This document shows, piece after piece, positions 48,131-58,754 of a stretch of DNA of 64,000 nucleotides. A program made the position numbers and the translations under genes. How positions within the stretch are numbered: position 1 is the stretch's first letter; each line of letters begins with the position of its first letter. The notes below the pieces were generated by a model that had not been told where the DNA came from, did not search any database, and saw only the letters and a list, made by a program, of their open reading frames with translations. This DNA comes from a virus: positions 64,001 through 128,000 of IMG/VR virus record IMGVR_UViG_3300027704_003324; one strand, given 5' to 3'.

Positions 48131-49573
48131 CTATACGTAGATAAAGATATCGTCTGAAGAATTTACCTTCATGTTACCTCTTTTGTGGTATTCAGTATCT
48201 GCAATGTCGTGGGCTGAGTTATCCTCATCTACTACTAAAGCAACATATGCTTCATTAGCGGCTGTCCCGTTAACTTTTGAATCTACTGATTGATTAACAC
48301 CGAATCTTGAATCTGAATTATCAAATACAAAACCGTGTCCTACTCCGTTTCCTTCATCAATTATAATACCACCTTCATCTGGGTTGGCAGATCCTGAGTT
48401 CAATAAGATAAACTTATCTGTTACTGCAAGGTTAGTCGTATTAATGTATGTTAAGTCTCCACTAACAGATAAATTACCTGCTACTGTAGCATTTCCTGAT
48501 AAAGTTAATCCAACGAATGTTGGAGAGTCAGTAGTTTGTAGACCTAAATCTACATCTGAGTTAACTCCGTTTAGTCCTGATCTCATTGTACCTTGTGAAG
48601 GTGCGCTGAAGTTAGAAGCTGAAACGATTCCGTTATCTAATGCAAAAGAAACTTTGTTTGCTGATACTGTTGATGCGATACCACTTCCACCTTCGAAAGT
48701 TAATGTCTCGCCTCCTGCTACTAAATCTGTAGTTCCTGAATCGGCTGCTACATTAAATGAAGTTGCAATAGTATTAGAAGATACACCTGTAATACGTCCT
48801 TGTGCATCAACTGTAATTCCTGGTACTACTGTTGTACTACCATATGTACCTGGTGTTACTGCTGTATTTGCTAATTTAGCTGCTGTTACTGCATCATCAG
48901 CAATTCTATCTGTAACTACTGCACCGTTTGCTATTGTAAGTGTTCCGGCTCCTGTAACTTCACCTGAGTGAGTTGCATTTGTTAATTTATCACTGTTAGC
49001 TGTTATAGCGCTTGCTTGACCTGAACTAATTCCTGTCTTAGCAGTGTTTGCTGTAATTTCTGCATTGATTGAGTTAGCTAATTTTGCTGCTGTTACTGCA
49101 TCATCAGCAAGATGTCCTTCTACAATACCGCCAGCTTTTACTCTAACTGCTCCTGAACCGTCTGTTGCTGATAATTCAATACTTGAACCATCTACAGTTA
49201 CTTCTAATTCGTCTGCATTAGCTGTGATACCGTCTCCGCCAATTACGTTAAGTGTTACGTCGCCTGATGATCCTCCACCAGTAAGTCCTGCTCCTGCTGC
49301 AACTCCCGTTACATCACCTGCTGGTACTGATAAGTCTAATGTTCCTGCTGCATCGTTATATGTCAAAGTAACAGAACCGTCCGCACTTCCTAACACCGAA
49401 TTAACTTGATCATCAATAGCCTCATTTAAGCCTGTTACATTGCCTGCTGCTACTGAAGCTGCTGCAACGTTTGTTAATCCTGAACCGTTTCCTGTTGTTG
49501 TTAAGAAATTAGCATCATTCGCTAATTGGGCTAAACCACTCCCGGATACGACAATTTTTTTCCATTCTGCCAT
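48131..49573 (-). CDS. Fibre-like virion protein of the WKK-x-x-VSGS family
   Basis: MAEWKKIVVSGS, AVTAAKLA repeats, GTYGS...ITVDAQGRIT fibre motif and the shared C-terminal domain. Confidence 0.78.
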   Translation of the reverse strand: MAEWKKIVVSGSGLAQLANDANFLTTTGNGSGLTNVAAASVAAGNVTGLNEAIDDQVNSVLGSADGSVTLTYNDAAGTLDLSVPAGDVTGVAAGAGLTGGGSSGDVTLNVIGGDGITANADELEVTVDGSSIELSATDGSGAVRVKAGGIVEGHLADDAVTAAKLANSINAEITANTAKTGISSGQASAITANSDKLTNATHSGEVTGAGTLTIANGAVVTDRIADDAVTAAKLANTAVTPGTYGSTTVVPGITVDAQGRITGVSSNTIATSFNVAADSGTTDLVAGGETLTFEGGSGIASTVSANKVSFALDNGIVSASNFSAPSQGTMRSGLNGVNSDVDLGLQTTDSPTFVGLTLSGNATVAGNLSVSGDLTYINTTNLAVTDKFILLNSGSANPDEGGIIIDEGNGVGHGFVFDNSDSRFGVNQSVDSKVNGTAANEAYVALVVDEDNSAHDIADTEYHKRGNMKVNSSDDIFIYV

Positions 49574-49658
49574 TTTGTTGTAATTATTTTATTGTTATTT
49601 GTTAGTAAAAATTTTATGCCTCATGGCACTGTTAATAAATAGGCTATTTAGTTTAATA

Positions 49659-50465
49659 CTAAGAACCAAAATATAAGTTTTTATCAGAGTCAAAATACAA
49701 TCCTCCGACTACTGGTGTTGGTGTAGTAGATTGAGATGTTAATAAAAGAACTCCGGTACTTGAAACCTTAAATAGTTCTTTAGATCCTGATGTAAGAGTG
49801 AAAGGATTTGTATTGCCTGTCATATTGATAGACATCGATCCTGTTACCTCTATATTTCTATTTGTTGAATGATATGATCCAGTTTGTGCAAATATACTGG
49901 ATGCTCCAGCTAAAGTTGTAACTGCATTAATAAAATGTGATGAACCTGTGTTAACATTTACACCGTTACTGTCTAAAGTGATACCTGAACCTGCATTTAC
50001 ATCTAATGATACAGAACCTTGAGTTCCTCCTCCTGAAAGTCCATCTCCTGCAAATACTGCTGCAATATCTCCAGTTCCTGATATATTCTGTGGTTCCCAT
50101 CTATTATTTGATTGACTCCAAGCTAATACATCTCCATCGTCTAATGAACCAGTATTTACATCTGATAAGTCTCCTAATGTTGATGCTCCTCCACTTCCTC
50201 CAAAGCCATTAAATACACTCCATGTTACTGAATCGGCAAAGGTACTAACATAATCTGCTAATGTAACAGATGCTTGATATGTAGCTGAAGATCCTTCAAC
50301 CCAAACTATTTGTCCGTCTGTTGCCCTGTTTGCTGGTATGTTATTAAGATCTGAGGTGTCTCTTACTGTATAGAATGCACCTTTTAGATACTGTATATCC
50401 GCAAACGCAACACCCGAACTACTGGCTGCTGATGTTAACTCTAATTTTGAAGTATATACTGGCAT
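49659..50465 (-). CDS. Fibre/decoration-like virion protein
   Basis: LGDLSDV...DGDVLAW...W motif and GDIAAVFAGDGLSGGG fibre repeat. Confidence 0.65.
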   Translation of the reverse strand: MPVYTSKLELTSAASSSGVAFADIQYLKGAFYTVRDTSDLNNIPANRATDGQIVWVEGSSATYQASVTLADYVSTFADSVTWSVFNGFGGSGGASTLGDLSDVNTGSLDDGDVLAWSQSNNRWEPQNISGTGDIAAVFAGDGLSGGGTQGSVSLDVNAGSGITLDSNGVNVNTGSSHFINAVTTLAGASSIFAQTGSYHSTNRNIEVTGSMSINMTGNTNPFTLTSGSKELFKVSSTGVLLLTSQSTTPTPVVGGLYFDSDKNLYFGS

Positions 50466-50482
50466 ATTCTATCTTTATATTA

Positions 50483-53400
50483 TTATGTTGGTAGACTTCC
50501 GTTAGCTGCAACAAGTCTTATTTTAAAAGCTGTTGCTATTGCATTTTGTGACTTTCTACCAAATACAAACCATTCGTTATATCCTAAATGAGCAGTGTCA
50601 AGTACTATAGAATGTAATTCCCCTGTCTCTATTAAGAATCCTCCTCCATCTACATTCAAACAAGGGACTGCTCCTCCTGCTACACTGTTAAAGGTCTCTT
50701 GAATAGATGTCGGTAGGTTGCTCATATCTGATCCAGAAGGAAATAGAACTATTATCTGTCCAGTTGTAGCTGCAGAAATTAATCCTGCTGATGCTAATAC
50801 TGTATCTAAGTTAGACCCACTAAGTGTTGCCTGTAATGTTGCTGATTGTGATCCTGCTAATGATATTGAACTGTCTCCTATCGCTCCTGCTTTAAATTTA
50901 TAATAAGGTGATGCTGTATTTCCTGTATATGCTGTAACTTGTGGAGGAGTATCACCATTAAGAGTACTTGCTCCCATTACTGCATTATAATTACCTCCAA
51001 AACCAGCATCTGAACCATATGTGGAAGTATAAACATACACTTTACCGTAGTCAGCTGATTGAGCTATAACTACATTACCTGTATCTGTACCTGTTTTCCC
51101 GAAAGCATCAGTGGCTGTAGCTGTAAAGCTATAAGTTCCTGCTGCTAAAGCACTATTTGCATTTATATTGAATGATGTTCCATTACCATTATTAGATACT
51201 GCAGTAAATGATGAAGCATGTGTACCGGATAGTGCTAAAGTAATCGGATAATCTGCTTCTGTATCTGATATACTAACAGTTGCTGTTAATACTCCTGCTG
51301 TTATGCTATCTGTTTCTAAAGAACCTTGTTCTGATATAGTAACTGATGGGTTATTATTTGTTGCTACATTAATAGTTATGTTTGAACTACCGTGATTGTT
51401 GTATTGGTCTTGGTACTGTATAGTACTTGTTATAGTATCTCCTGATCCAGTAGTAGAACCGCTAATATTAAGGTTAAGACTTAAATTACCGCTACTATTA
51501 ACTGCTATTGCATCATTAGAAGAAGTAAAAGCTTGTACTACTTGTGATCCATAGTTTGGACTATAATTAACTCCGACATCTCCCTGTGTTCCTGTTCTTC
51601 CATTGGTATTGGTTCTAATAATGTCACCAGTTCCTGCTGATTCTATTATATAGTATGTACCGTTATTAGTTAATGTACCAGTTTGTGCTTGTGCAATTGT
51701 AAATGCATGACTAGATGTCCTAGTTTCAAAGCCATGTTCGTCGGCAATTGATGCTGTTACTGAATATACACCGGCTGTTAGAGGAGAAGTAGCTCTTATC
51801 AACCTAGAAGTACCAGATACAACTGATTCTAAGCTATCTCCATTAAATGATGCTGAATAAGAAGTGTAGTCTATTGTATTTCCTTCTGAGTCATTAAATG
51901 CTAATGCTACTAGGTTGTTTCCAGCGATTGCCTTGTTAGTATTTAAGTTAGCATTAGTATTAGTAAATGTTATAGTAGGAGCTGTATTATCTGTTACGTT
52001 TAATGTAAAGTTCTGTGTTGAAGGTGTATTAAAAGCATTAGTTGCTGTTACTGTTCCGTTAATCTGTGTTCCTCCTACTTCAGATGATCCTGATACATTA
52101 TAATTAACTGTTAGATAGCCTGAGCTATTAATTGCTAACTTACTGTTCGGTGTGACACCCCATGTTACTGATTGATTAGCTGTAAATTGTGATGTAGTAC
52201 CGGAGTATCCATTTGAATTATCGTATAATGATGATCCATTAGTAGCTGATTCAATTACATATAAAGAAGTCTCTCCACTAATAGTAGGAGCACCATCATC
52301 AGATATCGGGATTGTTATTATACCTGTATCTGTACCGTTGTTATATGCATCAGTAACAGTAACTCGGTACTTATAGCTATTAACTATATCGGAGTTAAGG
52401 AAAACTGCTGCTTTTCTTGTTACTACTCCGGTTGATGATATGTCAAAAGCATTTTCTGTTGGATCAGAGACACTAGTCCCAGTGTATGTACCTAACGAGA
52501 TTGCTGATGAATCTAATTCTATACCAATTAATGTAACTGTTTTAAATACTATGGTATCTCCTTCTGGGTCAGTTGCTGTTATTGTTCCTGCAGCTGCATT
52601 ACCTGCACTATTCTCACTTAATCCAGTAACTGTTTGAGCATTGACAGTTGGCTGTGTATTATCTGTTACGTTAATAGTGATAGGAATCTGTACAAATGAA
52701 TTGTTGTCATCTCCATCACTAAAATGTTGATCAGATGCTGTAATGCTTAGTGTATGTGTTGTTTTTGTTTCATAATCTAATGAACCAGTTACCTGATTGA
52801 TAGTTACGTAGGTTGGTGACTTAACTATACTAAATAAATCACCTGAATCTGATCCTGATGTGATTGTTATAGTGTCAGTTTCAGTATCTGTAAAATATAT
52901 CTTTGTTATCTCTCCTGCTGCTGCGTTTTCATTTCTAGATGTAGTGAAAGAGCTTATTACATTACCTCCAACGCTTGTTTCTCTAAATTGTGGTGCTGCA
53001 TTTGCAGTTACTGTTACATATATAGTCTTTAATGTGAAAGCTCCTATAGTATCTGTTGCTCTTACGATTACAGGGTGTGCTAATGTATCATCTCCTCTAT
53101 TAGCTGTATTAAATGCTGCTACTGTAGGTAATACTGCTAGTTTTAGTACTCCACTTACAATATTTACATAGCCATCTGTATAAGAACTATCTATTGTGAA
53201 TGTAATTGCTTGAGATTCAGCATCTGTACCAGCTAATGTAACTAAACTTGTTCCAATTGGTTCATACTCTGCTACTACTTGGTTACCTGTAGAGATAGTA
53301 GGTGCTGTATTGGGATAAAAGACTGCTTCTAAGAAATCTTCTATTGTATTTGCTGTTCCAGGGTTATATGAGTTAAATAAAGGGTGTTCTGTGTTAGATA

Positions 53401-55171
53401 CTACTCTATTACCATCAAATTGGTTATTAAAAGCTGATTGTTGAGTTCCATCTTTGTTCATAAACTTAATAGACCCTGAGCTGATATATAAATGTTGCCA
53501 AGGTTTAACAGATGTACCTAAATCATTAGTAGATGAACCTGGTATTATGCTTCCGGTAACTATTTGGTTACCTATAAAGGTATTAGACCCTGTACTAGCG
53601 AAAGAACCGGTTTTATTATTTAATCCTGTTATATCACTATGACTTCCTACAGCATATGAAGATGTAGCCTGTAAAAGACCTAGTACTGAGGCTTCTATTG
53701 AGCCTGTAAATGTGTTTAAGCCTGTTACATCTGCTTGAACTGATGCTGTTATGTATCCTAATGCTTCTACTTGTAAAGAAGAGGATAATATACCTGCATT
53801 TAGTGAATTTAAGTAAGACCCTGTAGATGCTTTAAGAGCATTAACTTCATTTTGTAAGGAACCAGTGCTTAAAGTCAAATTATCGACTTTAGATTGAATA
53901 GAACCTGTAAATAGGTTAATACTTGTTATATCACTATGACTTCCTACAGCATATGATGAAGTAGCACTTAATAGCCCTTGAACTGTAGCTTCTATTGAGC
54001 TTGTAAAGGTATTAAGACCGGTAACATCAGATTGAACTGAAGAAGTGATGTATCCTAGTGTTTCTATTTGTAAAGATGATGATATAGTACCTTCTGGTAT
54101 CTCTGTATGTGCAGAAGATAGAAATCCTAATGAGGATATCTGAGCTGATGAAGATATAATGCTATTAGGTAAAGAACTAAGGAATGAACCCGTTACAGCC
54201 TTAATAGAATTTACTTCTGTCTGTATAGATGATGTAAAAGTGTTTAGTCCTGCTACATCTGAACTTACTGATGCTGTTATGTATCCTAAAGCTGTTATTT
54301 GTGCTGATGAAGACAGTATACCTGCATTAATACCGGTAAGGTATGATCCAGAAGCTGATGTTAGGTTATCTACCTTAATTTCTATTGACCCAGTAAAGGT
54401 ATTAAGCCCTTCTACGTCAGTAGATGCTGAAGATGTTACAAACCCTAGTGATTCAATCTGTAATGACGATGATACTGTACCAGAGTTAACTGTTCCAAAG
54501 CCTAATGCTGTAATTTGAGCAGAAGAAGAAACTATACCCGGTGGTTTGCTTGTAATCTCTTGATAAGTTGATCCTGTAATATATAATAAAGATTCTATTT
54601 GTGCAGAAGAGCTTATAATAGAAGATGGTATGTTACTTAGTTGGTTAAAACTTGCTATTCCTGAAGAGGTAACAAATCCTAAAGAAGCAATCTGTTGTGA
54701 CCCGGATATTACATCTCTTTTAAATCCTAAGTTAAGTAATTGTTGTGAACCGGATAAGGCATTCTTTATGAACCCTAATCCTTCTACTTGAATAGATGAT
54801 GATACTATGTTACTAGCATCTACTCTACTAAAGTATGATGAAGTTAACTGTTCTAATGCTTCTACCTTAGTTTCTAGTGTTCCGGAAACAATTTCTATTG
54901 CTGCTAAACGCTTATCTACTGATCCAGTATAGGTATTTATTGAGCTTGAGTGTAAGTTTAAAGGGAGTAACGAAGATCCAGTAGCACTTCCAGCTTCTAA
55001 TGAAGCTATACGGTTAATTACATCAGATCCATTAAAAGTAAGTGAGGACCCTGTAATGTTCAACGAACCTGTTAAGTTCAAGGCATTCATCCCTGGTCTT
55101 AACTCGGTTTGCATCACGTTGTCTTTTCTAAAGACGAGTGATCCTGATATTTCTCCTATGAACTTTGACAT
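50483..55171 (-). CDS. Large virion protein with N-terminal SSS/TGS repeats and C-terminal cadherin/Ig-like domains
   Basis: Repeats ISSS-x-QI-x-x-LG[YF] and LNTFT[GS]SI; cadherin-like motifs ATDPEGD, LDYETK and VTDNTAPT. Confidence 0.8.
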   Translation of the reverse strand: MSKFIGEISGSLVFRKDNVMQTELRPGMNALNLTGSLNITGSSLTFNGSDVINRIASLEAGSATGSSLLPLNLHSSSINTYTGSVDKRLAAIEIVSGTLETKVEALEQLTSSYFSRVDASNIVSSSIQVEGLGFIKNALSGSQQLLNLGFKRDVISGSQQIASLGFVTSSGIASFNQLSNIPSSIISSSAQIESLLYITGSTYQEITSKPPGIVSSSAQITALGFGTVNSGTVSSSLQIESLGFVTSSASTDVEGLNTFTGSIEIKVDNLTSASGSYLTGINAGILSSSAQITALGYITASVSSDVAGLNTFTSSIQTEVNSIKAVTGSFLSSLPNSIISSSAQISSLGFLSSAHTEIPEGTISSSLQIETLGYITSSVQSDVTGLNTFTSSIEATVQGLLSATSSYAVGSHSDITSINLFTGSIQSKVDNLTLSTGSLQNEVNALKASTGSYLNSLNAGILSSSLQVEALGYITASVQADVTGLNTFTGSIEASVLGLLQATSSYAVGSHSDITGLNNKTGSFASTGSNTFIGNQIVTGSIIPGSSTNDLGTSVKPWQHLYISSGSIKFMNKDGTQQSAFNNQFDGNRVVSNTEHPLFNSYNPGTANTIEDFLEAVFYPNTAPTISTGNQVVAEYEPIGTSLVTLAGTDAESQAITFTIDSSYTDGYVNIVSGVLKLAVLPTVAAFNTANRGDDTLAHPVIVRATDTIGAFTLKTIYVTVTANAAPQFRETSVGGNVISSFTTSRNENAAAGEITKIYFTDTETDTITITSGSDSGDLFSIVKSPTYVTINQVTGSLDYETKTTHTLSITASDQHFSDGDDNNSFVQIPITINVTDNTQPTVNAQTVTGLSENSAGNAAAGTITATDPEGDTIVFKTVTLIGIELDSSAISLGTYTGTSVSDPTENAFDISSTGVVTRKAAVFLNSDIVNSYKYRVTVTDAYNNGTDTGIITIPISDDGAPTISGETSLYVIESATNGSSLYDNSNGYSGTTSQFTANQSVTWGVTPNSKLAINSSGYLTVNYNVSGSSEVGGTQINGTVTATNAFNTPSTQNFTLNVTDNTAPTITFTNTNANLNTNKAIAGNNLVALAFNDSEGNTIDYTSYSASFNGDSLESVVSGTSRLIRATSPLTAGVYSVTASIADEHGFETRTSSHAFTIAQAQTGTLTNNGTYYIIESAGTGDIIRTNTNGRTGTQGDVGVNYSPNYGSQVVQAFTSSNDAIAVNSSGNLSLNLNISGSTTGSGDTITSTIQYQDQYNNHGSSNITINVATNNNPSVTISEQGSLETDSITAGVLTATVSISDTEADYPITLALSGTHASSFTAVSNNGNGTSFNINANSALAAGTYSFTATATDAFGKTGTDTGNVVIAQSADYGKVYVYTSTYGSDAGFGGNYNAVMGASTLNGDTPPQVTAYTGNTASPYYKFKAGAIGDSSISLAGSQSATLQATLSGSNLDTVLASAGLISAATTGQIIVLFPSGSDMSNLPTSIQETFNSVAGGAVPCLNVDGGGFLIETGELHSIVLDTAHLGYNEWFVFGRKSQNAIATAFKIRLVAANGSLPT

Positions 55172-55242
55172 TAAAGCTTTGCTATTTTATAATATTAAGA
55201 AAACCGTCGTAGTTGCCCACTTTAGTATAAATAGTCACCTGA

Positions 55243-56058
55243 TTAAAGGCTAGACTCATTTTCTGAAGTAAATTTGACCTCTGACTTGCTATATACTTTA
55301 CGATTGTTATGCATATGTGCATTGATAGCATCTGATATTATATGTCCTAGTAATGTAATGTTAAATTCTGTCTTAATCATCCTATCGCTACCTTGTACTA
55401 TTTCTGCTGAAGTAGAGTAGGTGTCTATCTGTGCTCTAAATCTATATTTATCTGGATCTCCCCAATAAGAGTCAGATGCAAAGTTTATTCCTTCGACAAT
55501 TTTATTATTTTGTTCAACATAGTCGGTGTATATTATACAAGAGTATATTATATTAACATAATCTGGTATAGCTACTGCATAATACTCTTCTTGAGGTTTC
55601 CTATTGTTTAATATCCCAAAATTATCGTAAATATTGGTTTTAGAATAGGAAGTTTTAAACACTCCCATATTGTTTGGTCCGTTAGCATCTAATTTGTTTC
55701 CTAAGTTTCTGTTTTTTGAGATACTATCTCTTCTAAACACTATTAAAGGTGCTTGCATCTTACCGTTCTTATCTCGGTAATACCCGTCTTTTTGCATTGC
55801 TGCCCATCGTTCAGGAGAACCATATACAAGAGGTACCTTTATAGGTTTGCCGTTCTGTGTTACAGTTGGTTGCAGTACTTCATTAAAGTAATAGTAAATT
55901 GCTTCATCAATATCTTTTATACCTACGCTGAAGTTTTTAACTGTATCGTTATCCCTTCTTATTTGCATAGCGCGATCTTTGCTTTTATCAATTGAAGCTC
56001 CTGTAAGGGCTGCAGATAATTGCTCTTGACTTTTCGGTATAGGTTTCTTTCCAGCCAT
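55243..56058 (-). CDS. Neck / tail terminator protein (T4 gp15-like)
   Basis: IKVPLVYGSPERW and position in the neck module. Confidence 0.65.
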   Translation of the reverse strand: MAGKKPIPKSQEQLSAALTGASIDKSKDRAMQIRRDNDTVKNFSVGIKDIDEAIYYYFNEVLQPTVTQNGKPIKVPLVYGSPERWAAMQKDGYYRDKNGKMQAPLIVFRRDSISKNRNLGNKLDANGPNNMGVFKTSYSKTNIYDNFGILNNRKPQEEYYAVAIPDYVNIIYSCIIYTDYVEQNNKIVEGINFASDSYWGDPDKYRFRAQIDTYSTSAEIVQGSDRMIKTEFNITLLGHIISDAINAHMHNNRKVYSKSEVKFTSENESSL

Positions 56059-56059
56059 A

Positions 56060-56554
56060 TTATTCTCTATTTACTGCTTCTGTTATTCCTGCTCTGTCTG
56101 CTCTTGTTAAATGAGCATCAACTATAATCGACATAGATGAACCGAATCCAGATGTACTGCTAGTAAGATTGTATGTATTATCTCTTCCTAGAAATAAGGT
56201 ATTCTCTCTAACTGTATCAACTTCATAAAAATCATTATGCCATTGTACTATATCTCCTACCTCTGGAGGTAGTTCTGAGTCTATTAAGTCTTGTTTGATG
56301 AATGCAAAAGATGCTTCTCTTCCTAAATCAGGACCAAATTCTTTTATATCTATTACTTGATCTCCTCTAGTAATTAAACAGGCTATTTTAACTGCGTTCC
56401 AATAAGATTTCTGTAATGATTCTCCATATAGGTTCATACTAGAATCTTCTATACTCAATTTATGGTATAAAACTTCTTGCTCTACAATATCATGTAGCAG
56501 TTCCCTATTGATGTTAACCAATAAGTCAAAATCTCTGTTCGATCCAAATAGCAT
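56060..56554 (-). CDS. Head closure / neck protein (T4 gp14-like)
   Basis: NLYGES and PEVGDIV-x-W-x-x-x-F-Y-E-V motifs. Confidence 0.7.
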   Translation of the reverse strand: MLFGSNRDFDLLVNINRELLHDIVEQEVLYHKLSIEDSSMNLYGESLQKSYWNAVKIACLITRGDQVIDIKEFGPDLGREASFAFIKQDLIDSELPPEVGDIVQWHNDFYEVDTVRENTLFLGRDNTYNLTSSTSGFGSSMSIIVDAHLTRADRAGITEAVNRE

Positions 56555-56854
56555 TTATTTCTCTTCTATTGTTTCTGTTCCTATTTCCATACTAACTATA
56601 TTACTGTATTTAGTCATGGCATTTTTTTTAAAAGCTTCATATGCTTCAGTTCCTTCTTTTTGACTTATAAGTTTTACTTTATATGTAGCAACTAATGATT
56701 CTTGGTCTTGACTTGCTAATGTAACTGTTGTTACACCAGGTAATGCTCTAATAGCATCATCATATTTGCTAGGACCTTCATCACCAAAGGTAACTTTGAT
56801 CATTGCTTCGAATGTTCTGAATGTAATTTCAGATATAATTTGTGATAGTTTCAT
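56555..56854 (-). CDS. Small protein with MKL-x-x-II-x-E N-terminus (possible internal head protein)
   Basis: MKLSQIISE and IRALPGVTTV. Confidence 0.6.
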   Translation of the reverse strand: MKLSQIISEITFRTFEAMIKVTFGDEGPSKYDDAIRALPGVTTVTLASQDQESLVATYKVKLISQKEGTEAYEAFKKNAMTKYSNIVSMEIGTETIEEK

Positions 56855-58002
56855 TAACCTACGTATATTACCATTGGTACAGACTTTAAAATGTTCTCTA
56901 CATCTTCAGATTCTTTAGCCTGTGCTTCTAATTGTTTACTTCTAGATGTCATATCTAATAGCTCTCTTAAACTTAATAATAAAGCTCCTTTTTCACTTCT
57001 TGCATCTGCAAGCAGGTCAGCTTGGTTAAGAGTTGCTTCTGATCCCGGTACTGGTACTGTTGCATACTTCCCTCTGATATATCCTAATAGTTCTTTTGCT
57101 AATGCTAAAGTATATTGGAAAATCCACTGTCTACCAACACTATTAGTTTGTTTGTACTGTATATTTTCATAAGGTACTTCAGAAACATTTGTAATTACTG
57201 AATTGTTAGAGTTAAAGTTAGTTGATGCTTTGTCTTCCATCTTATAATACTCAAAATGTAAACTTCCTGATGCAGTAGGTATTGGGAATAACTTTAATTT
57301 ATTATTTGTCATTTCAAACGAAAAAGCGGACTTTCTAATTTGATCATTAAATTCAATTGCTTGTGTCTTTAGTACATCATAAGATGTTGGCATTAATAAA
57401 AAGTTAACTCCAGGACTAAATTTTCCAAAGTCAAATGCTCCCATTAAAGACTGTACACCTGTACCTGTTCCAGCATAAGGGTCAAAATACCTTTGTATCG
57501 CTGGTGCAGCTTCATAAAAGATTTTTCTTACTTCAATCTTTCCTGTAATGTTATTTTCTGCTGACCATGCATCAAAATCATAATTTTGTACATTTCTATT
57601 GATCGTTATTGAACCAGTATGTTTAGTTACGTTTCCACCTACTCCAGCTTCTGTTCCGTAGTGTTGAGATATTTGTATAATTCTACTTATGGTTGGATCA
57701 ATTACTTGGTTGTTCAAAGAACCTCTACTACCAGTAGAAGAGCCTTCTAAACCTAAATAATTCTCTCTTATATTGTATTGAAATACTTCATTACCATATG
57801 TAGTTATAGCTTCTTCAAAACATGCATAAAAAGAGTTGTTATTCAATTCTACATCCATTAGAGGGTACCCTAATCTGGTAGCACAGAATTTAGCAACTTT
57901 ATCAGCATCTTGTTGAAAAGAGCTGTCAGCATCGTAAAACCCGAATGGAGTATTACCTGGTGCAAAGGTAGAACTTCCGTTCCATATAGTTACATTTGCC
58001 AT
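56854..58002 (-). CDS. Neck / head-tail adaptor (T4 gp13-like)
   Basis: RLGYPLMDVEL and WIFQYTLALAKELLG-x-IRGKY...PG...TLN. Confidence 0.82.
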   Translation of the reverse strand: MANVTIWNGSSTFAPGNTPFGFYDADSSFQQDADKVAKFCATRLGYPLMDVELNNNSFYACFEEAITTYGNEVFQYNIRENYLGLEGSSTGSRGSLNNQVIDPTISRIIQISQHYGTEAGVGGNVTKHTGSITINRNVQNYDFDAWSAENNITGKIEVRKIFYEAAPAIQRYFDPYAGTGTGVQSLMGAFDFGKFSPGVNFLLMPTSYDVLKTQAIEFNDQIRKSAFSFEMTNNKLKLFPIPTASGSLHFEYYKMEDKASTNFNSNNSVITNVSEVPYENIQYKQTNSVGRQWIFQYTLALAKELLGYIRGKYATVPVPGSEATLNQADLLADARSEKGALLLSLRELLDMTSRSKQLEAQAKESEDVENILKSVPMVIYVG

Positions 58003-58027
58003 ATATTAGTTTTCTAATAAATAGGGA

Positions 58028-58714
58028 CTAATCTCTGAAGGTTTGGTATACTTTCAAGATAGGTGCCACTATATCGTGTCTATGATTGGTTTCTAATGAA
58101 GCTGTTTGAAAACCTTCTACGTTCTCTTCAATTCTAGATAGAAAAGAAAATCCAGTTTCTCTTTTGTCTTTTAAGTCTATTTGAGCCATATCTCCACATA
58201 TTACCATTTTAGAATTTTTCCCTAATCTTCCGATTACGGTTTCCATTTGAGTATGTGTTACGTTCTGAGCTTCGTCAACTATTACAAATGCATTTACAAA
58301 AGTCCTTCCTCTTAGAAAAGCAAAAGGAACTATTTCTATAATTTCGTCGTCTATTAATTTTGTTACTTTTTCTTTGCTGTAAAGCATGTGTAAGTTATGA
58401 TAGATAGGCGCTAACCAAGGGTCCATTTTTTCTCTTATATCTCCTGGTAAAAAGCCTATATCTTCTTTAGACACAGTAGGTCTTGTTATAATAACCTTAT
58501 CTACTTGTTTGGTAAATAACATATCTAAAGCTACTTGAGTTGCTATTAATGTCTTACCAGATCCTGCCATTCCTTTAATGACTGTTATTGGAGCAGTAAG
58601 AATTTTAGCTTTAGCTTCTTTTTGTTCTTCGTTTAATTGTACTTTAAATTTAATTGGGTTCTTAGGCCTCTTCTTTACTGAAAATACCTCATCGGTATGG
58701 TGTCTTTGTGGCAT
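58028..58714 (-). CDS. phoH: PhoH-family ATPase (true start is the ATG at 58714)
   Basis: GMAGSGKT, ITRP, GFLPGD, FLRGRTF, IVDEAQN, RLG and GDMAQID. The longer start in the ORF track crosses a terminator. Confidence 0.95.
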   Translation of the reverse strand: MPQRHHTDEVFSVKKRPKNPIKFKVQLNEEQKEAKAKILTAPITVIKGMAGSGKTLIATQVALDMLFTKQVDKVIITRPTVSKEDIGFLPGDIREKMDPWLAPIYHNLHMLYSKEKVTKLIDDEIIEIVPFAFLRGRTFVNAFVIVDEAQNVTHTQMETVIGRLGKNSKMVICGDMAQIDLKDKRETGFSFLSRIEENVEGFQTASLETNHRHDIVAPILKVYQTFRD

Positions 58715-58754
58715 GTTTATAACTTTATTTGATTTATAACTATAAATAGGACAT

